Notes: generated from the sequence alone by a model not told the origin. Numbered from the stretch's first letter, positions 1-9,695 are shown. The stretch: 64,000 nucleotides of DNA from Candidatus Dormiibacterota bacterium (GCA_036518815.1 DATDML010000077.1:620-64619); one strand, 5' to 3'. Program-made: numbers and translations.

Positions 1-90
1 CGCGCGCGGCTCTCAGGCCAACGAGTCGCAACCATCATCACGGGGGGCAACATCGGTCTCGAACAGTTCGAGCAACTGGTGCGCGCATAA
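1..90 (+). CDS. 3' end of a PLP-dependent dehydratase-like gene (threonine/serine dehydratase-type C-terminus), partial
   Basis: Frame 1 reads ...GQRVATIITGGNIGLEQFEQLVRA and ends at TAA 88-90. The TGGNI motif near the C-terminus is typical of fold-type II PLP enzymes. Only 29 codons are visible. Confidence 0.35.
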   Translation, partial: RARLSGQRVATIITGGNIGLEQFEQLVRA

Positions 91-93
91 CAC

Positions 94-155
94 GCGAGCG
101 CATTCACTCGCGGGGAAAATCGCCCGAATAGCATGCGAGTGCATTCACTCGCGGG
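94..155. repeat. Two tandem copies (94-114 and 135-155, period 41 nt) of a 21-nt hairpin-forming unit GCGAG(C/T)GCATTCACTCGCGGG between convergent gene ends
   Basis: Read directly from the sequence. Copy 2 forms a perfect 7-bp stem GCGAGTG/CACTCGC with loop CATT; copy 1 has one mismatch. The unit lies between TAA 88-90 (+ gene) and the RDD gene stop at 168-170 (- strand). Confidence 0.6.
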
Positions 156-167
156 TTATCGAATTCG

Positions 168-1016
168 CTAGCTCAGCTCCAGGTTCGCGAGGTAATCCAG
201 CGCCGCCAGCGGCCCGTACTGCGCGAACGTGTCCGGCACCGCCTTCTGCAGGCTCTGCTGCATCGTCGCCGCGAGGTGCACGCGGATGTCCAGCGTCAGC
301 TGCGGCCGGCGCCGCGCGTACGAGCTGACAAACCGCCGCAGGTCCGGATCCAGGCGCCGCAGCACCACGTCGGCGTTGGAAGCCGTCGCATATGCGGGCG
401 AGGGCTGGGCCGGCGGTGGCGCCAGCGGCGGCGGGGCCGGCGGGTACGGCGGATAGCCGGGCGGCGAGGGCGGCACGGCCCCGGGCTGCAAATCCGACGG
501 ACGCGCGCCGGGCAGCTGCCACAGCCACACGTGGTCCGAATCCTTCACCACCAGCGTCCCGGCGGCCAGGTCGCCGAGCCGCTTGCCCTTGCCGTTGATG
601 AACAGCACGACCAGCCCCACGCCGTACCCGTAGGGCAGGAAGTCGATGATGCGGACGATGTTGCGGATGCCGGCTTGCACGAAGGTCAGCGGCTCGCCTC
701 GATCCCCCACCGCGCGCAGCCGAAATGCCTTCTTGCCGATGGTCTGGCCTGACCACATCGCCTCACTCACCCAGAAGTAGCCGAACACGATGACGAAGCT
801 GCCGAGGATCTGGATGAGGTCGAAGATCACGGCGTTGTCGAAGATCGCGCCCATCGCGCCGGCCGCGAAGATCAGCGCGACCAGGAGCGCGGTGACGATA
901 AGAAGGTCGAGGAGTTGCGCGATCGCGCGGGTGCCGAGCCCGGCCACCTGGTAGTCAAAAGAGACCCTCTCCGGAGTCGCGACAACGAGCTCTGAATCGG
1001 GGAGCGGCTGCTCCAT
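168..1016 (-). CDS. RDD family membrane protein with a proline-rich linker and C-terminal soluble domain
   Basis: Start trimmed from the 168-1259 ORF to ATG 1014-1016 ([12 protein letters not shown]...). The sequence shows TM helices and an RDD-type core ([16 protein letters not shown]...RIIDFLP...[14 protein letters not shown]). Confidence 0.75.
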   Translation of the reverse strand: MEQPLPDSELVVATPERVSFDYQVAGLGTRAIAQLLDLLIVTALLVALIFAAGAMGAIFDNAVIFDLIQILGSFVIVFGYFWVSEAMWSGQTIGKKAFRLRAVGDRGEPLTFVQAGIRNIVRIIDFLPYGYGVGLVVLFINGKGKRLGDLAAGTLVVKDSDHVWLWQLPGARPSDLQPGAVPPSPPGYPPYPPAPPPLAPPPAQPSPAYATASNADVVLRRLDPDLRRFVSSYARRRPQLTLDIRVHLAATMQQSLQKAVPDTFAQYGPLAALDYLANLELS

Positions 1017-1021
1017 TCGGC

Positions 1022-1028
1022 TATTTTG
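1022..1028. promoter_or_regulatory. Shared AT-rich box CTATTTTG: TATTTT (+) lies 7 nt before GTG 1035, and CAAAAT (-) lies 6 nt before ATG 1016
   Basis: The gap between the divergent RDD and SpoIIM-like starts is only 9 nt. The geometry fits -10 boxes of leaderless transcripts. Confidence 0.3.
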
Positions 1029-2036
1029 CGAGTGGTGAGAGCTGAGGAGTTCGTTGCTGGCCGCCGTGAGGACTGGAATCATCTCGAGGACCTGATCGCC
1101 CGGGCCGGCACCGGCCGGCTGAACCCGCTGCGGCCAGGCGAGGTGCTGACCATGGCCGCGCTTTACCGCCGCGCCACCGCCGACCTGGCCCGGGCCCAGC
1201 GCGACTGGCCGGGCGAGCCCGTCCACCGCTACCTGAACGGGCTCGTCGCCCGCGGCCACGGCGTCGTGTACCGGCGAGGCGGCAACGTGCTCGCGCGCAT
1301 CCGCGACTTCTATGTGGAGACGCTGCCGCGGACGTACCGCGAGTCGTGGCGCTACCTGGTAGCTGCGGCCGCACTGCTCTTCGTGCCGGCGATCGTGGCC
1401 TTCTTCGTGGTGCTGGCCAACCCCGACGCCGCGTATGCGATCGCCTCACCCGACCTCATCGACCGCGTCCACCATCACCAGCTCTGGACGCACATCCCGC
1501 CCGAGGAGCGCATCACCGCGGCCGGGCTGATCATGACCAACAACATCTGGGTCTCGATGCTGGCCTTCGCCTTCGGCGTGGTCTTCGGGCTGCCCGTGAT
1601 CTACGTGCTGGTGGGCAACGGCATCAGCCTCGGCGGCATCTTCGGCCTGACGCAGGCTTACGGCCTCGCGGGCGGACTCTTCGATTTCGTCATCGGCCAC
1701 GGCGTGGTCGAGCTCTCAGTGGTGGTGGCGCAGGGCGCGGGCGGGCTGATGATGGGCTGGGCGCTGATCTCGCCCGGCAATCGCAAGCGATCCGACGCGC
1801 TCGTCGCAGCCACGCGCAAGGCGTTCGTGCTGCTCCTCGGTCTCGCGCCGCTGTTGATCATCGCCGGCACGATCGAGGGCAACATCTCGCCGTCCGACGT
1901 GCCCTTTACGGCCAAGCTGCTCATCGGCCTCAGCACGGGGTCGCTTCTCTACTCGTACCTGCTGCTGACGGGCCGGCGGCCTAGAGTAGCGCGCGCTCCT
2001 TCAGCTCCAGATACCTCTCGACCAGCGCAGGGCTGA
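1026..2036 (+). CDS. Stage II sporulation protein M-like (DUF95) integral membrane protein
   Basis: 336-aa ORF with an N-terminal soluble helix region followed by the [14 protein letters not shown]...GNG...[11 protein letters not shown]...IEGNISPS pattern typical of the SpoIIM/DUF95 family. The start may be TTG 1026 or GTG 1032/1035. Confidence 0.75.
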   Translation: MRVVRAEEFVAGRREDWNHLEDLIARAGTGRLNPLRPGEVLTMAALYRRATADLARAQRDWPGEPVHRYLNGLVARGHGVVYRRGGNVLARIRDFYVETLPRTYRESWRYLVAAAALLFVPAIVAFFVVLANPDAAYAIASPDLIDRVHHHQLWTHIPPEERITAAGLIMTNNIWVSMLAFAFGVVFGLPVIYVLVGNGISLGGIFGLTQAYGLAGGLFDFVIGHGVVELSVVVAQGAGGLMMGWALISPGNRKRSDALVAATRKAFVLLLGLAPLLIIAGTIEGNISPSDVPFTAKLLIGLSTGSLLYSYLLLTGRRPRVARAPSAPDTSRPAQG

Positions 2037-3300
2037 GGTTGCCGGCGACGACGTCGAGCCCGAGCACGCCGCCGCGGCGCAGCAGCTCGAAGCTCTGGCG
2101 CCGGCTCGCGACGAATTCTTCAGCGGCCGCCCACTGATAGGCACGCGCCGAGGACGTGATTGGCGCGTCACGCGCGCTGATCACCTCGGGGTCGCTCATC
2201 GCCACGACCAGCACGAGGTGCCTCGCCGACAGGCGCAGGCAATGGGCGACGAGCTCGCGAGAGGCGTTCGGATCCTGGACGTCGGTGAGGATCACCACCA
2301 TCGACCGCCGGCCGACCCGCAGCGCCAGGTGCGTTAGCGCATGCCCGAAATCGGGCTCTACATAAGAAGGACGTAGGGCGTAGAGCGCTTCCGTGATGAG
2401 GTGGAGCTGCACAGAGCCGCGCTCCGGCTTCAGAAAATGAGTGACCCGGTCGTCAAATGTCATCAGCCCGACGCGGTCGCCGTGAGCCTGCGCGACCCAT
2501 GCGAGCATGAGCGCGGCGTTGATGGCGTGGTCGAGCTTGTCCAGCTCGCCTGCCGGCGCCGTCATCAAGCGGCCGCAGTCGATGGCGATCATCACCTGCT
2601 GGCCGCGTTCGGCCTCGACTTCGGTCATCACCGGGCGGTCGCGCCGCGCGGTGGCGGTCCACGAGATGCGGCGCACGTCGTCGCCGCGGACGTAATCGCG
2701 CAGGCCCGCGAACGATGTCGACGCGCCCGGCGGTCGCGCGCGGCGCTGGCCGACCATTGTTCTCAAGCCGCGCCGGAGCGAGAGCTGCACGCGCTTGATC
2801 GCCACCACGTTGGGAAAGACCGCAACGTCATGCGGGAGATCGAGCTTGACCTGGCGGCGCCACCAGCCGGCGCGACGCCACACCTGCAGGTCGACCTGGC
2901 CGAAGTGATACGCGCCTCGGCGCGGCGAGGATGTCGTGTATTTGAGCGCGACAGTGCCGTCGCGGTTGAAGCTGCCGGTCACCTCGCGCGGTCGCGGCCG
3001 CAGGGCGTCCGGAGCGTGGTCGGAAATGCGCGCGTTGAGACCGGCCGCAGCGCGGTTGGTGATGAGCAGACGCACGTCTTCGTGCTCACCTAGCGAGAAC
3101 GGCTCCGGCATGGAGCGGCGCACCACATAGCCTCGCCGGCCGGGCAATAGCGCGATGTCCCGAATGACTATCGCCGCCAGGCCGAAGTGGTACAGGATCG
3201 CGAGCAGCGCCAGCACCGGCGAGACGACCGACAGAGCGATCAGGACAGCGCCGATGCCGACCGCCCAGATCAGTCGCGGCTGCGGGGCGAAACCTCGCAC
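1981..3300 (-). CDS. DUF58 domain protein (vWA-like partner of MoxR), N-terminal TM helices
   Basis: Contains [50 protein letters not shown], the DUF58 signature. The GTG start 3298-3300 overlaps the MoxR stop by 1 nt. Confidence 0.85.
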   Translation of the reverse strand: MRGFAPQPRLIWAVGIGAVLIALSVVSPVLALLAILYHFGLAAIVIRDIALLPGRRGYVVRRSMPEPFSLGEHEDVRLLITNRAAAGLNARISDHAPDALRPRPREVTGSFNRDGTVALKYTTSSPRRGAYHFGQVDLQVWRRAGWWRRQVKLDLPHDVAVFPNVVAIKRVQLSLRRGLRTMVGQRRARPPGASTSFAGLRDYVRGDDVRRISWTATARRDRPVMTEVEAERGQQVMIAIDCGRLMTAPAGELDKLDHAINAALMLAWVAQAHGDRVGLMTFDDRVTHFLKPERGSVQLHLITEALYALRPSYVEPDFGHALTHLALRVGRRSMVVILTDVQDPNASRELVAHCLRLSARHLVLVVAMSDPEVISARDAPITSSARAYQWAAAEEFVASRRQSFELLRRGGVLGLDVVAGNLSPALVERYLELKERALL

Positions 3301-4256
3301 TACCGCGGGGGGACGACGCGGCTCGCCACAGCCTCGAGCACGCTGTCCGGTGTCTGGCCCGCCACCTCGGCCTCGGGCCGTAGGAGCAGGCGGTGCCGGA
3401 ACGCGGGCGCGAGGAGCACCTTCACGTGGTCCGGCGTGACGAACTCAGACCCGTCGAAGGCCGCCAGCACGCGCGCCGCGAGCATCAGCAGCACCTCTGC
3501 TCGCGTGCTCGCGCCCAACGCAATCTCCGGCGCGTTGCGGGTCGCGATGGCCAGGTCGACCACGTAGCGGCGGATCTTCTCGTCGAGCACCACGCCCGCC
3601 ACCGCCTGCCGGCACTGGTCGATGTCGGCCGCGCCCAGCGACGGCTCGACGCCGGCCTTCGCGGGATCCTTCAGCTCGATGCCCGACTCCCAGCGCCGCA
3701 GCACCTCCATTTCGTCGTCGGGGTTCGGATAGTCGAGCCGGACTTTGAAGAGGAAGCGGTCCTGCTGCGCCTCGGGCAGCGGATACGTGCCCTCGTACTC
3801 GACAGGGTTCTGCGTGGCCATGACGAAGAACGGCGCCGGCAGCGGCAGCTGCTGGCCTTCGAGGGTGACGCCGCGCTCCTCCATCGCTTCGAGCAGCGCC
3901 GACTGGACCTTCGCCGGGGCGCGGTTGATCTCGTCCGCCAGCAGGACGTTGGTGAAGATCGGGCCGCGCCGCAGGGCGAACGTGCGGGAGGTCAGGTCGT
4001 AGACGGACGTGCCGAGGATGTCCGCCGGCATGAGATCCGGAGTGAACTGGACGCGCCCGTATTCGAGCGTGAGCGCGCGGGCGATGGCCTTCGCGAGCAG
4101 GGTCTTACCGGTGCCAGGCACCCCCTCGAGCAGCACGTGGCCCTGGGCGACCAGCGCCACGGCGCAAAGCCGGATCGCGTCCTCCTGGCCAACGACGGCC
4201 TTGGCCAGCTGCTCGCGGAAGCGGTTGTAGAAGTCGACTGCGCTCATCCCCGTCAT
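3300..4256 (-). CDS. moxR: MoxR-family AAA+ ATPase
   Basis: Trimmed to ATG 4254-4256 (MTGMSAVDFYNRF...). Walker A is GVPGTGKT, and LADEINRA plus the ATQNPVEYEGTYPLPEAQQDRF motifs are present. The ATGA overlap with the upstream gene stop supports this start. Confidence 0.92.
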   Translation of the reverse strand: MTGMSAVDFYNRFREQLAKAVVGQEDAIRLCAVALVAQGHVLLEGVPGTGKTLLAKAIARALTLEYGRVQFTPDLMPADILGTSVYDLTSRTFALRRGPIFTNVLLADEINRAPAKVQSALLEAMEERGVTLEGQQLPLPAPFFVMATQNPVEYEGTYPLPEAQQDRFLFKVRLDYPNPDDEMEVLRRWESGIELKDPAKAGVEPSLGAADIDQCRQAVAGVVLDEKIRRYVVDLAIATRNAPEIALGASTRAEVLLMLAARVLAAFDGSEFVTPDHVKVLLAPAFRHRLLLRPEAEVAGQTPDSVLEAVASRVVPPR

Positions 4257-5383
4257 TGTCGCGGTCGCCGCCGCCGGTCTTGCTGGGGATACGCGATGCC
4301 GTGCAGCCGCTGCGCGGCTGCGAGCAGATCCCTTTCGCTGTGCTCCGACCCGTAGAGGGCGCGCTCCGCGCTGTCCAGGCGCTGGGCGATGTCCGGTGCG
4401 CGCTGCCAGAGCGACTGCCAGAACCGTTCGCGCGGCTCGACCGGCAACCCTGTTTGCATCGCCACCGCGCGCTCGCTCGCCCGCGCCAGCACACCGAGCG
4501 TCACGGCGCGCGCCCCCGCGCGCCGAAGGAGCTCGCCGACCGCCACCGACCACTCGGCGTCGAGACGCGACGTCTCGGCGGCGCGCGGGATCAGCGGGCC
4601 GAATCGCCGGCCACGCAGGAAGAGCCCGAAGAACACCGCCAAGATGAGCCAGAGCAGCGCGGCGCCCCACGGCGTGAGAATCCACGCCGCCGGCGACACA
4701 TCACTGGCGGTGATGCCGTGGTGGTACTCGTCGAACGCGACAGGGGCGCCGGCCGGCACCAGTCCGAGCAGATCCGCGAGGAATCGTCCGTTGTCGAGCT
4801 TTTCGAGGTAGCCGTTGCAGATCTCGAGCGGGTCGGCCAGCGCGACCACTTGACCCATGCCCACCTGTTCCGTGTACGCAACCGCCGTTCCATTCGAGCG
4901 CAGCAGACCGACCTGGCTGCGCGACAATCCAAACGGCTGCGCGAAATTGCCGCCGGCGACCTTGCTGACGCCGTCGAGGTACGGCCCTCCGCTGGCGACC
5001 GTGGTGGCCCCGACCAGTGTCCCGAGCCGCTCGACGTCGAGCGCATTGTCCAGTTCAGGGTCGCCCTGCTCGCTCGCATAGACGAGGACGCCCCCGCCGC
5101 GTACCCAATCGACGACGGCCGCGGCCTCCTCGGGTGTGTAGGGGCTGGTCGGCGTGAAGACGAACATCTCACCGTGCTGCGACGGCAGCGCGAACGAGCC
5201 CTCGATCTGGCTCGCGGGGTGCCCCATCGCCCGCGCGTAGAGCAGCACCGCCGACGCCCCGTTCGCGGCGTCGCTGTTGGTGTTGTGCTCGGGGGAATCC
5301 GGCTTCTGCTGCCCGATGATCACGGCGGCAATCACGGCCAGCCCGATGGCGATCGCCGCGACCCACACGCGCCCGCTTCTCAT
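4253..5383 (-). CDS. DUF4350 domain protein, N-terminal membrane anchor
   Basis: 376 aa with an N-terminal TM helix, an extracytoplasmic domain (GGGVLVYASEQGDPELDNAL), a second TM helix, and a C-terminal region. This layout is typical of DUF4350 proteins in MoxR clusters. It overlaps both neighbours through ATGA. Confidence 0.7.
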   Translation of the reverse strand: MRSGRVWVAAIAIGLAVIAAVIIGQQKPDSPEHNTNSDAANGASAVLLYARAMGHPASQIEGSFALPSQHGEMFVFTPTSPYTPEEAAAVVDWVRGGGVLVYASEQGDPELDNALDVERLGTLVGATTVASGGPYLDGVSKVAGGNFAQPFGLSRSQVGLLRSNGTAVAYTEQVGMGQVVALADPLEICNGYLEKLDNGRFLADLLGLVPAGAPVAFDEYHHGITASDVSPAAWILTPWGAALLWLILAVFFGLFLRGRRFGPLIPRAAETSRLDAEWSVAVGELLRRAGARAVTLGVLARASERAVAMQTGLPVEPRERFWQSLWQRAPDIAQRLDSAERALYGSEHSERDLLAAAQRLHGIAYPQQDRRRRPRQ

Positions 5384-6276
5384 GCCGCCTGCTCCACCGG
5401 AGCGCGGAACCGTGCTGCGACCTCGGCGGCGCGTTTGTATGTTTCCTCGTCGACGTCGCGATCGCCGTAAACCGCTGCTTCAAATGGCCGCAGCAGCGGA
5501 TCGAGCGATCTTGGGTCCGGTGCCCGGCGGAAGATCTCGCGCACGGTGAGCGGGCTACCTTCCCACGTGCGCTCCCCCGCGAGCGTGCCGGCAACGCCCG
5601 CGCAGAGCGCGCGGATCGCGCCGACGCGATCTCCCTTCGCCGCGAGTCGGTCGGCTTCGGCGAAATAGTCGGCCGGAGCCTGAGGGCCAGAAAGGCCGCC
5701 GGCCGCAAAGCCTCCGCTGAGGCGGCCTCGCGAGGACAGGAACACGACGATGAAAACGACTACGAGAACGGCGACCCCAATGGCGTACACCACCCACGTC
5801 GGCACCACACCGCCCGGGCCGATGCCGCTCGCGAGCGCGCGGATCAGGTCCTGGATGCGGTCCTGGATCCACTGGCTGATGCGATCGAACAGGGATGGCG
5901 GCCGGCGCAGAGCGTCGTAGCGCTGCATCGACATCACCTCGTGCAACCGCTGCTGCGCGAGTGCCGGGTCAGATGTGGCGGCGGGGTGATCGAGGGCGTA
6001 AATCACGGCGCGCAATTCGGTGGCCGCTCTGCTGTAGTCGGGTGGCCGCACGCGGAGTGCGGCCTCGACCTCAGGCTGCGAATGTCCGACGCCTGAAGTG
6101 AGCACGTCCAATGCGTGCTGCGCGGAGGCAACGTCGTTGGGTTGCGCGGCCTGCACGATGTCGAGCGTGTCCGAGATCACCTGGCGGTAAGCGGCCCTGG
6201 CGCTGTTGTCGGCGCTCACGGGCACCGCGGCGCTCAGCGCCAGGCAGAGCGCGACGAGAGCGAGGGCGACCTTCAC
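5380..6276 (-). CDS. DUF4129 domain protein (signal/anchor, central TM helix, C-terminal DUF4129)
   Basis: Trimmed to GTG 6274-6276 (VKVALALVALCLALSAAVP...), which forms a GTGA overlap with the upstream stop. The C-terminus DYFAEADRLAAKGDRVGAIRALC...LTVREIFRR...PFEAAVYG matches DUF4129. Confidence 0.7.
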   Translation of the reverse strand: MKVALALVALCLALSAAVPVSADNSARAAYRQVISDTLDIVQAAQPNDVASAQHALDVLTSGVGHSQPEVEAALRVRPPDYSRAATELRAVIYALDHPAATSDPALAQQRLHEVMSMQRYDALRRPPSLFDRISQWIQDRIQDLIRALASGIGPGGVVPTWVVYAIGVAVLVVVFIVVFLSSRGRLSGGFAAGGLSGPQAPADYFAEADRLAAKGDRVGAIRALCAGVAGTLAGERTWEGSPLTVREIFRRAPDPRSLDPLLRPFEAAVYGDRDVDEETYKRAAEVAARFRAPVEQAA

Positions 6277-7118
6277 GCCGGCGCGGGGGGTGCGGACGTG
6301 ACCTGCTGCGCGAGCTGGAACAGGTCGAGGCCTTCCTTGCGCACGCGCAGGTCGAAGTAGATGAGGACCATCGCGATCAGAAAGATCGGGTTGATCAGCG
6401 CGTTCGCAAGCACGACCACTCCTTCGTAGATCGCGAGAGCCAGATACGCCGACAGGAAGACCGACATCAGGGCTTCGGCCAGGTAGAAGAACGCGCCCAG
6501 CGCGGCCGAGATCACCACGGTGAGGACGTACATCAGAAAAAGGATGAAGAACGTGCGCCACCAGCGCCCTTGAACCAGACGCCAGCTGCGACTCATCGCT
6601 GCGAACAGGCCCACGTTCTCGATGAACATCACCGGCAGCACGGTGATCCAGCCGACCAGGATCCAGAACCACAGCGGGAACAGGCAGAAGGCAACGATCA
6701 TCAGGCCGATCAGGATGTAGAAGAGCGCGATCTGCAGGTAGCGCTTGAAGGAGCCCCGGATGGCGGTCCACATCGTCACCGGCCTGCCCATCGCGGACTG
6801 GCAGGCCGCGTACGAGACGCTGCCGTAGAGGAACGGAAGAACCAGCAGGTTGACGACGGTCCCGATGGCCAGTGGGACCAATGCTGAATAGAAGCCGGTC
6901 AAATCGCCCGGGTTGGTGCTCGTCGCCTGCGACCCGAAGAAGTTGAACAGCGCGAAGTAGCCGTAGCCGGAGAGCGCGGCCAGCGGGATGGTGAAGATCA
7001 TCGACAGGCCGGCGAGCACGATGAAGTTCCGCCGGTACATGCGGAACGTCTCGTCCAGGATGTCGCCGATCTCGAGCGGCCGGAGCCGCAAAGCAACGGG
7101 GGCGCTCACGGCGCCCAT
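6273..7118 (-). CDS. Polytopic membrane protein (glycerophosphodiester phosphodiesterase membrane-domain-like / UPF0259-like)
   Basis: 281 aa with about 6 TM helices and the motif IYFDLRVRKEGLDL near the C-terminus. It is the first gene of the coupled operon. Confidence 0.6.
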   Translation of the reverse strand: MGAVSAPVALRLRPLEIGDILDETFRMYRRNFIVLAGLSMIFTIPLAALSGYGYFALFNFFGSQATSTNPGDLTGFYSALVPLAIGTVVNLLVLPFLYGSVSYAACQSAMGRPVTMWTAIRGSFKRYLQIALFYILIGLMIVAFCLFPLWFWILVGWITVLPVMFIENVGLFAAMSRSWRLVQGRWWRTFFILFLMYVLTVVISAALGAFFYLAEALMSVFLSAYLALAIYEGVVVLANALINPIFLIAMVLIYFDLRVRKEGLDLFQLAQQVTSAPPAPA

Positions 7119-7150
7119 TGTCTCGGATGACGCTTGAAACTAGGCTACCG

Positions 7151-7186
7151 TCCCCACCCCCGCCCCCTCCCCGCGAGCGGGGAGGG
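7151..7186. repeat. REP-like element copy 1: TCCCCACC...CCCTCCCCGC-GA-GCGGGGAGGG; likely clpC terminator
   Basis: A perfect 10-bp stem spans 7165-7174 and 7177-7186, 1 nt after the clpC stop (TAA 7188-7190 on the - strand). The same element occurs at 11436-11467 and 22764-22794. Confidence 0.75.
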
Positions 7187-7187
7187 C

Positions 7188-9695
7188 TTATGCCTTCGGA
7201 GCAGCGGTCCCAGCGGGTTCTTTCTGCTTGTGCTTGATCGGCGTGAACTTCAGGTCGTTCTCACCCTCGACGTCGATCTGGACCGTGTCGCCGCGGGCGA
7301 TCTTGCCGCGCAGCAGGTGCTCGGACAGCTGGTCCTCGATGCGGCTTGTGATCACGCGTCGCAGCGGCCTGGCGCCGTAGGTGCGGTCATAGCCTTCCTT
7401 GGCGATGAGGTCCTTGGCCGCGTCGGTGACCTCGATCGTGATCTGCTGCTCGGCCAGGTGCTTGCCCAGCCGCACCAGCTGCAGGTCGACGATCTCCCGG
7501 ATCTGCTCCGTCGTGAGGCTCTTGAAGACGACGACCGCGTCCACGCGGTTCAGGAACTCGGGCCTGAACATGCGCTTGAGCTCCTCGTCGATCTTTTCCT
7601 TGGTGTTCTTGTGCCGGCGTTCGACCTCTTCGGCTTCGTCAACGACGGCCGGCTGGAAGCCCAGCGTCGTGGCGGCCTGGTTGACATCGCGGATACCGAG
7701 GTTGGAGGTCATGATGATCACGCTGTTGGCGAAGTTGACGACCTTGCCCTTGGCATCGCTCAGCCGGCCATCCTCGAGTATCTGCAGCAGCATGTTGAAG
7801 ACCTCGGGATGCGCCTTCTCGATCTCGTCGAAAAGGATCACCGAGTAAGGCCTGCGGCGCACCGCTTCGGTGAGCTGCCCGCCCTCGTCGTAGCCGACGT
7901 AGCCGGGAGGCGACCCAACCAGTCGAGCGGTCGTGTGACGCTCCATGAACTCAGACATGTCGAGCTTGATCAGCGCGTCTTCCGAGTCGAACAGGTACTC
8001 GGCGAGTGCGCGAGCGAGCTCGGTCTTGCCGATGCCGGTCGGGCCCAGGAAGATGAACGAGCCGATGGGCCGGCGCGGGTTCTTCAAACCGGCGCGCGCG
8101 CGGCGCACCGCTTGCGAGACCGTGACGATGGCCTCGTCCTGGCCGACCATCCGCTTGTGGAGCTCTTCCTCCATGCGCAGCAGGCGTGACGTCTCCTCTT
8201 CGACGAGGCGCGACACCGGGACGCCGGTCCACGCGGCCACGATCTGAGCGATGTGCTCTTCATTCACCTCGGGCACGGTCTCGCCGAGCTTGTCGCGCCA
8301 CGCGGCTTCCTTCTGCGCGAGCTTGTCCTGCAGCTTCTTCACGCGATCGCGCACGGCGGCCGCGGCCTCGAAGTCCTGCTTATTGACCGACTCGTCCTGG
8401 TCGATCTTGTACTTCTTGATCTCTTTCTGAAGCTCTTTCAGATCATCAGGCGTCGTCGTGAGCTTCATGCGCACGCGGGCCGACGCCTCGTCGATAAGGT
8501 CGATGGCCTTGTCAGGCAGGGCACGGTCGCTGACGTATCGGTCGCTCAGCACCGCCGCCGCGTGAATGGCCGAGTCGGTGATGGTGACGCGGTGGTGCTT
8601 CTCGTAGAGCGACTTGATGCCGTTCAGGATGTCGATCGTTTCGGCCAGCGTCGGCTGGTCGACGTAGACCGGTTGGAATCTGCGCTCCAGGGCGGCGTCC
8701 TTCTCGATGTACTTGCGGTACTCGTTCAGCGTCGTCGCGCCGATGCACTGGATCTCGCCGCGCGCGAGCGCGGGCTTGAGGATGTTGGCCGCGTCGATGG
8801 CGCCTTCAGCGGCGCCCGCGCCGACCAGCGTGTGCAGCTCGTCGATGAACAGCACGACCTCGCGGCTCGACCGGATCTCGTCGAGGATCTTCTTCAGGCG
8901 CTCTTCGAACTCACCGCGGTACTTGGTGCCGGCGACCAGCGCGCCCATGTCGAGTGTCAGCACGCGCTTGTGCTGCAGCGACTCGGGCACGTTGCTGAGG
9001 TTGATCGACTGCGCGAGGCCTTCGGCGATGGCGGTCTTGCCCACGCCTGGCTCGCCGATCAGCGCCGGGTTGTTCTTCGTGCGCCGGCTGAGGATCTGGA
9101 TGACGCGCTCGATCTCCATCTCGCGCCCGATGACCGGGTCGAGCTGGTTGCGGCGCGCGAGCTCGGTGAGGTCGCGGCCGAACTGGTCGAGCAGCGGCGT
9201 CTTCGACGGCTTCTTCGGCGCCGGCTCGGCTTCGGTCTCGGCCGAAGAGTCGTGCAGCAGGCGCTCGATCTCCGCGCGCACCTTGTCCAGCGTTGCGCCG
9301 AGGTCTTCCAGCACGTGCGCCGCGATGCCCTCGCCCTCGATGAGCAGGCCCAGCAGCAGGTGCTCGGTGCCGACGTAGTTGTGGCCCATGCGCCGCGCCT
9401 CTTCGAAGGAGATCTCGATGACCTTCTTCACGCGCGACGTCGGAATGATCTGCTGGATGATGATCCGCTCGTTGCGACCGAGCACGGACTCGATCGTCTG
9501 GCGAACCTTGCCGATCTCCACGCCAAGGTTGTTCAGGACCTTGGCGGCGAGGCCCTCGCCTTCCCGGAGCAAACCCAGCAGGAGATGCTCGGTGCCTATG
9601 TAACTGTGGTGGGACCTTTCTGCTTCTTCCTGGGCGAGTGTCAGAACCTTCTTGGCTCGCTCAGTAAATCTTTCGAACGGATACATCGTGCTCAT
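7188..9695 (-). CDS. clpC: ATP-dependent Clp protease ATP-binding subunit ClpC
   Basis: Contains Clp_N repeats, two AAA modules (GEPGVGKT and GPTGIGKT), and a UVR-like linker. I chose start ATG 9693-9695 because GAGGA sits 6 nt upstream. Confidence 0.95.
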   Translation of the reverse strand: MSTMYPFERFTERAKKVLTLAQEEAERSHHSYIGTEHLLLGLLREGEGLAAKVLNNLGVEIGKVRQTIESVLGRNERIIIQQIIPTSRVKKVIEISFEEARRMGHNYVGTEHLLLGLLIEGEGIAAHVLEDLGATLDKVRAEIERLLHDSSAETEAEPAPKKPSKTPLLDQFGRDLTELARRNQLDPVIGREMEIERVIQILSRRTKNNPALIGEPGVGKTAIAEGLAQSINLSNVPESLQHKRVLTLDMGALVAGTKYRGEFEERLKKILDEIRSSREVVLFIDELHTLVGAGAAEGAIDAANILKPALARGEIQCIGATTLNEYRKYIEKDAALERRFQPVYVDQPTLAETIDILNGIKSLYEKHHRVTITDSAIHAAAVLSDRYVSDRALPDKAIDLIDEASARVRMKLTTTPDDLKELQKEIKKYKIDQDESVNKQDFEAAAAVRDRVKKLQDKLAQKEAAWRDKLGETVPEVNEEHIAQIVAAWTGVPVSRLVEEETSRLLRMEEELHKRMVGQDEAIVTVSQAVRRARAGLKNPRRPIGSFIFLGPTGIGKTELARALAEYLFDSEDALIKLDMSEFMERHTTARLVGSPPGYVGYDEGGQLTEAVRRRPYSVILFDEIEKAHPEVFNMLLQILEDGRLSDAKGKVVNFANSVIIMTSNLGIRDVNQAATTLGFQPAVVDEAEEVERRHKNTKEKIDEELKRMFRPEFLNRVDAVVVFKSLTTEQIREIVDLQLVRLGKHLAEQQITIEVTDAAKDLIAKEGYDRTYGARPLRRVITSRIEDQLSEHLLRGKIARGDTVQIDVEGENDLKFTPIKHKQKEPAGTAAPKA

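Noticed and set aside
3300-4685. Long N-terminal extensions in listed ORFs. These include MoxR to 4685, DUF4129 to 6771, RDD to 1259, the epimerase from 28095, gmd from 39448, UDG to 50285, FixX to 56637, lepA to 47607, trxB to 56148 and dnaJ to 39177.
   Set aside because: The extensions overlap well-supported upstream genes and read as Arg/Pro/Ala junk. Internal starts coincide with 1-4 nt stop/start overlaps or with the family-typical N-terminus.
7134-8189. + strand ORF beginning [19 protein letters not shown]...
   Set aside because: It starts inside the REP-like hairpin and then runs antisense to clpC, so it is a translated repeat plus an antisense artefact.
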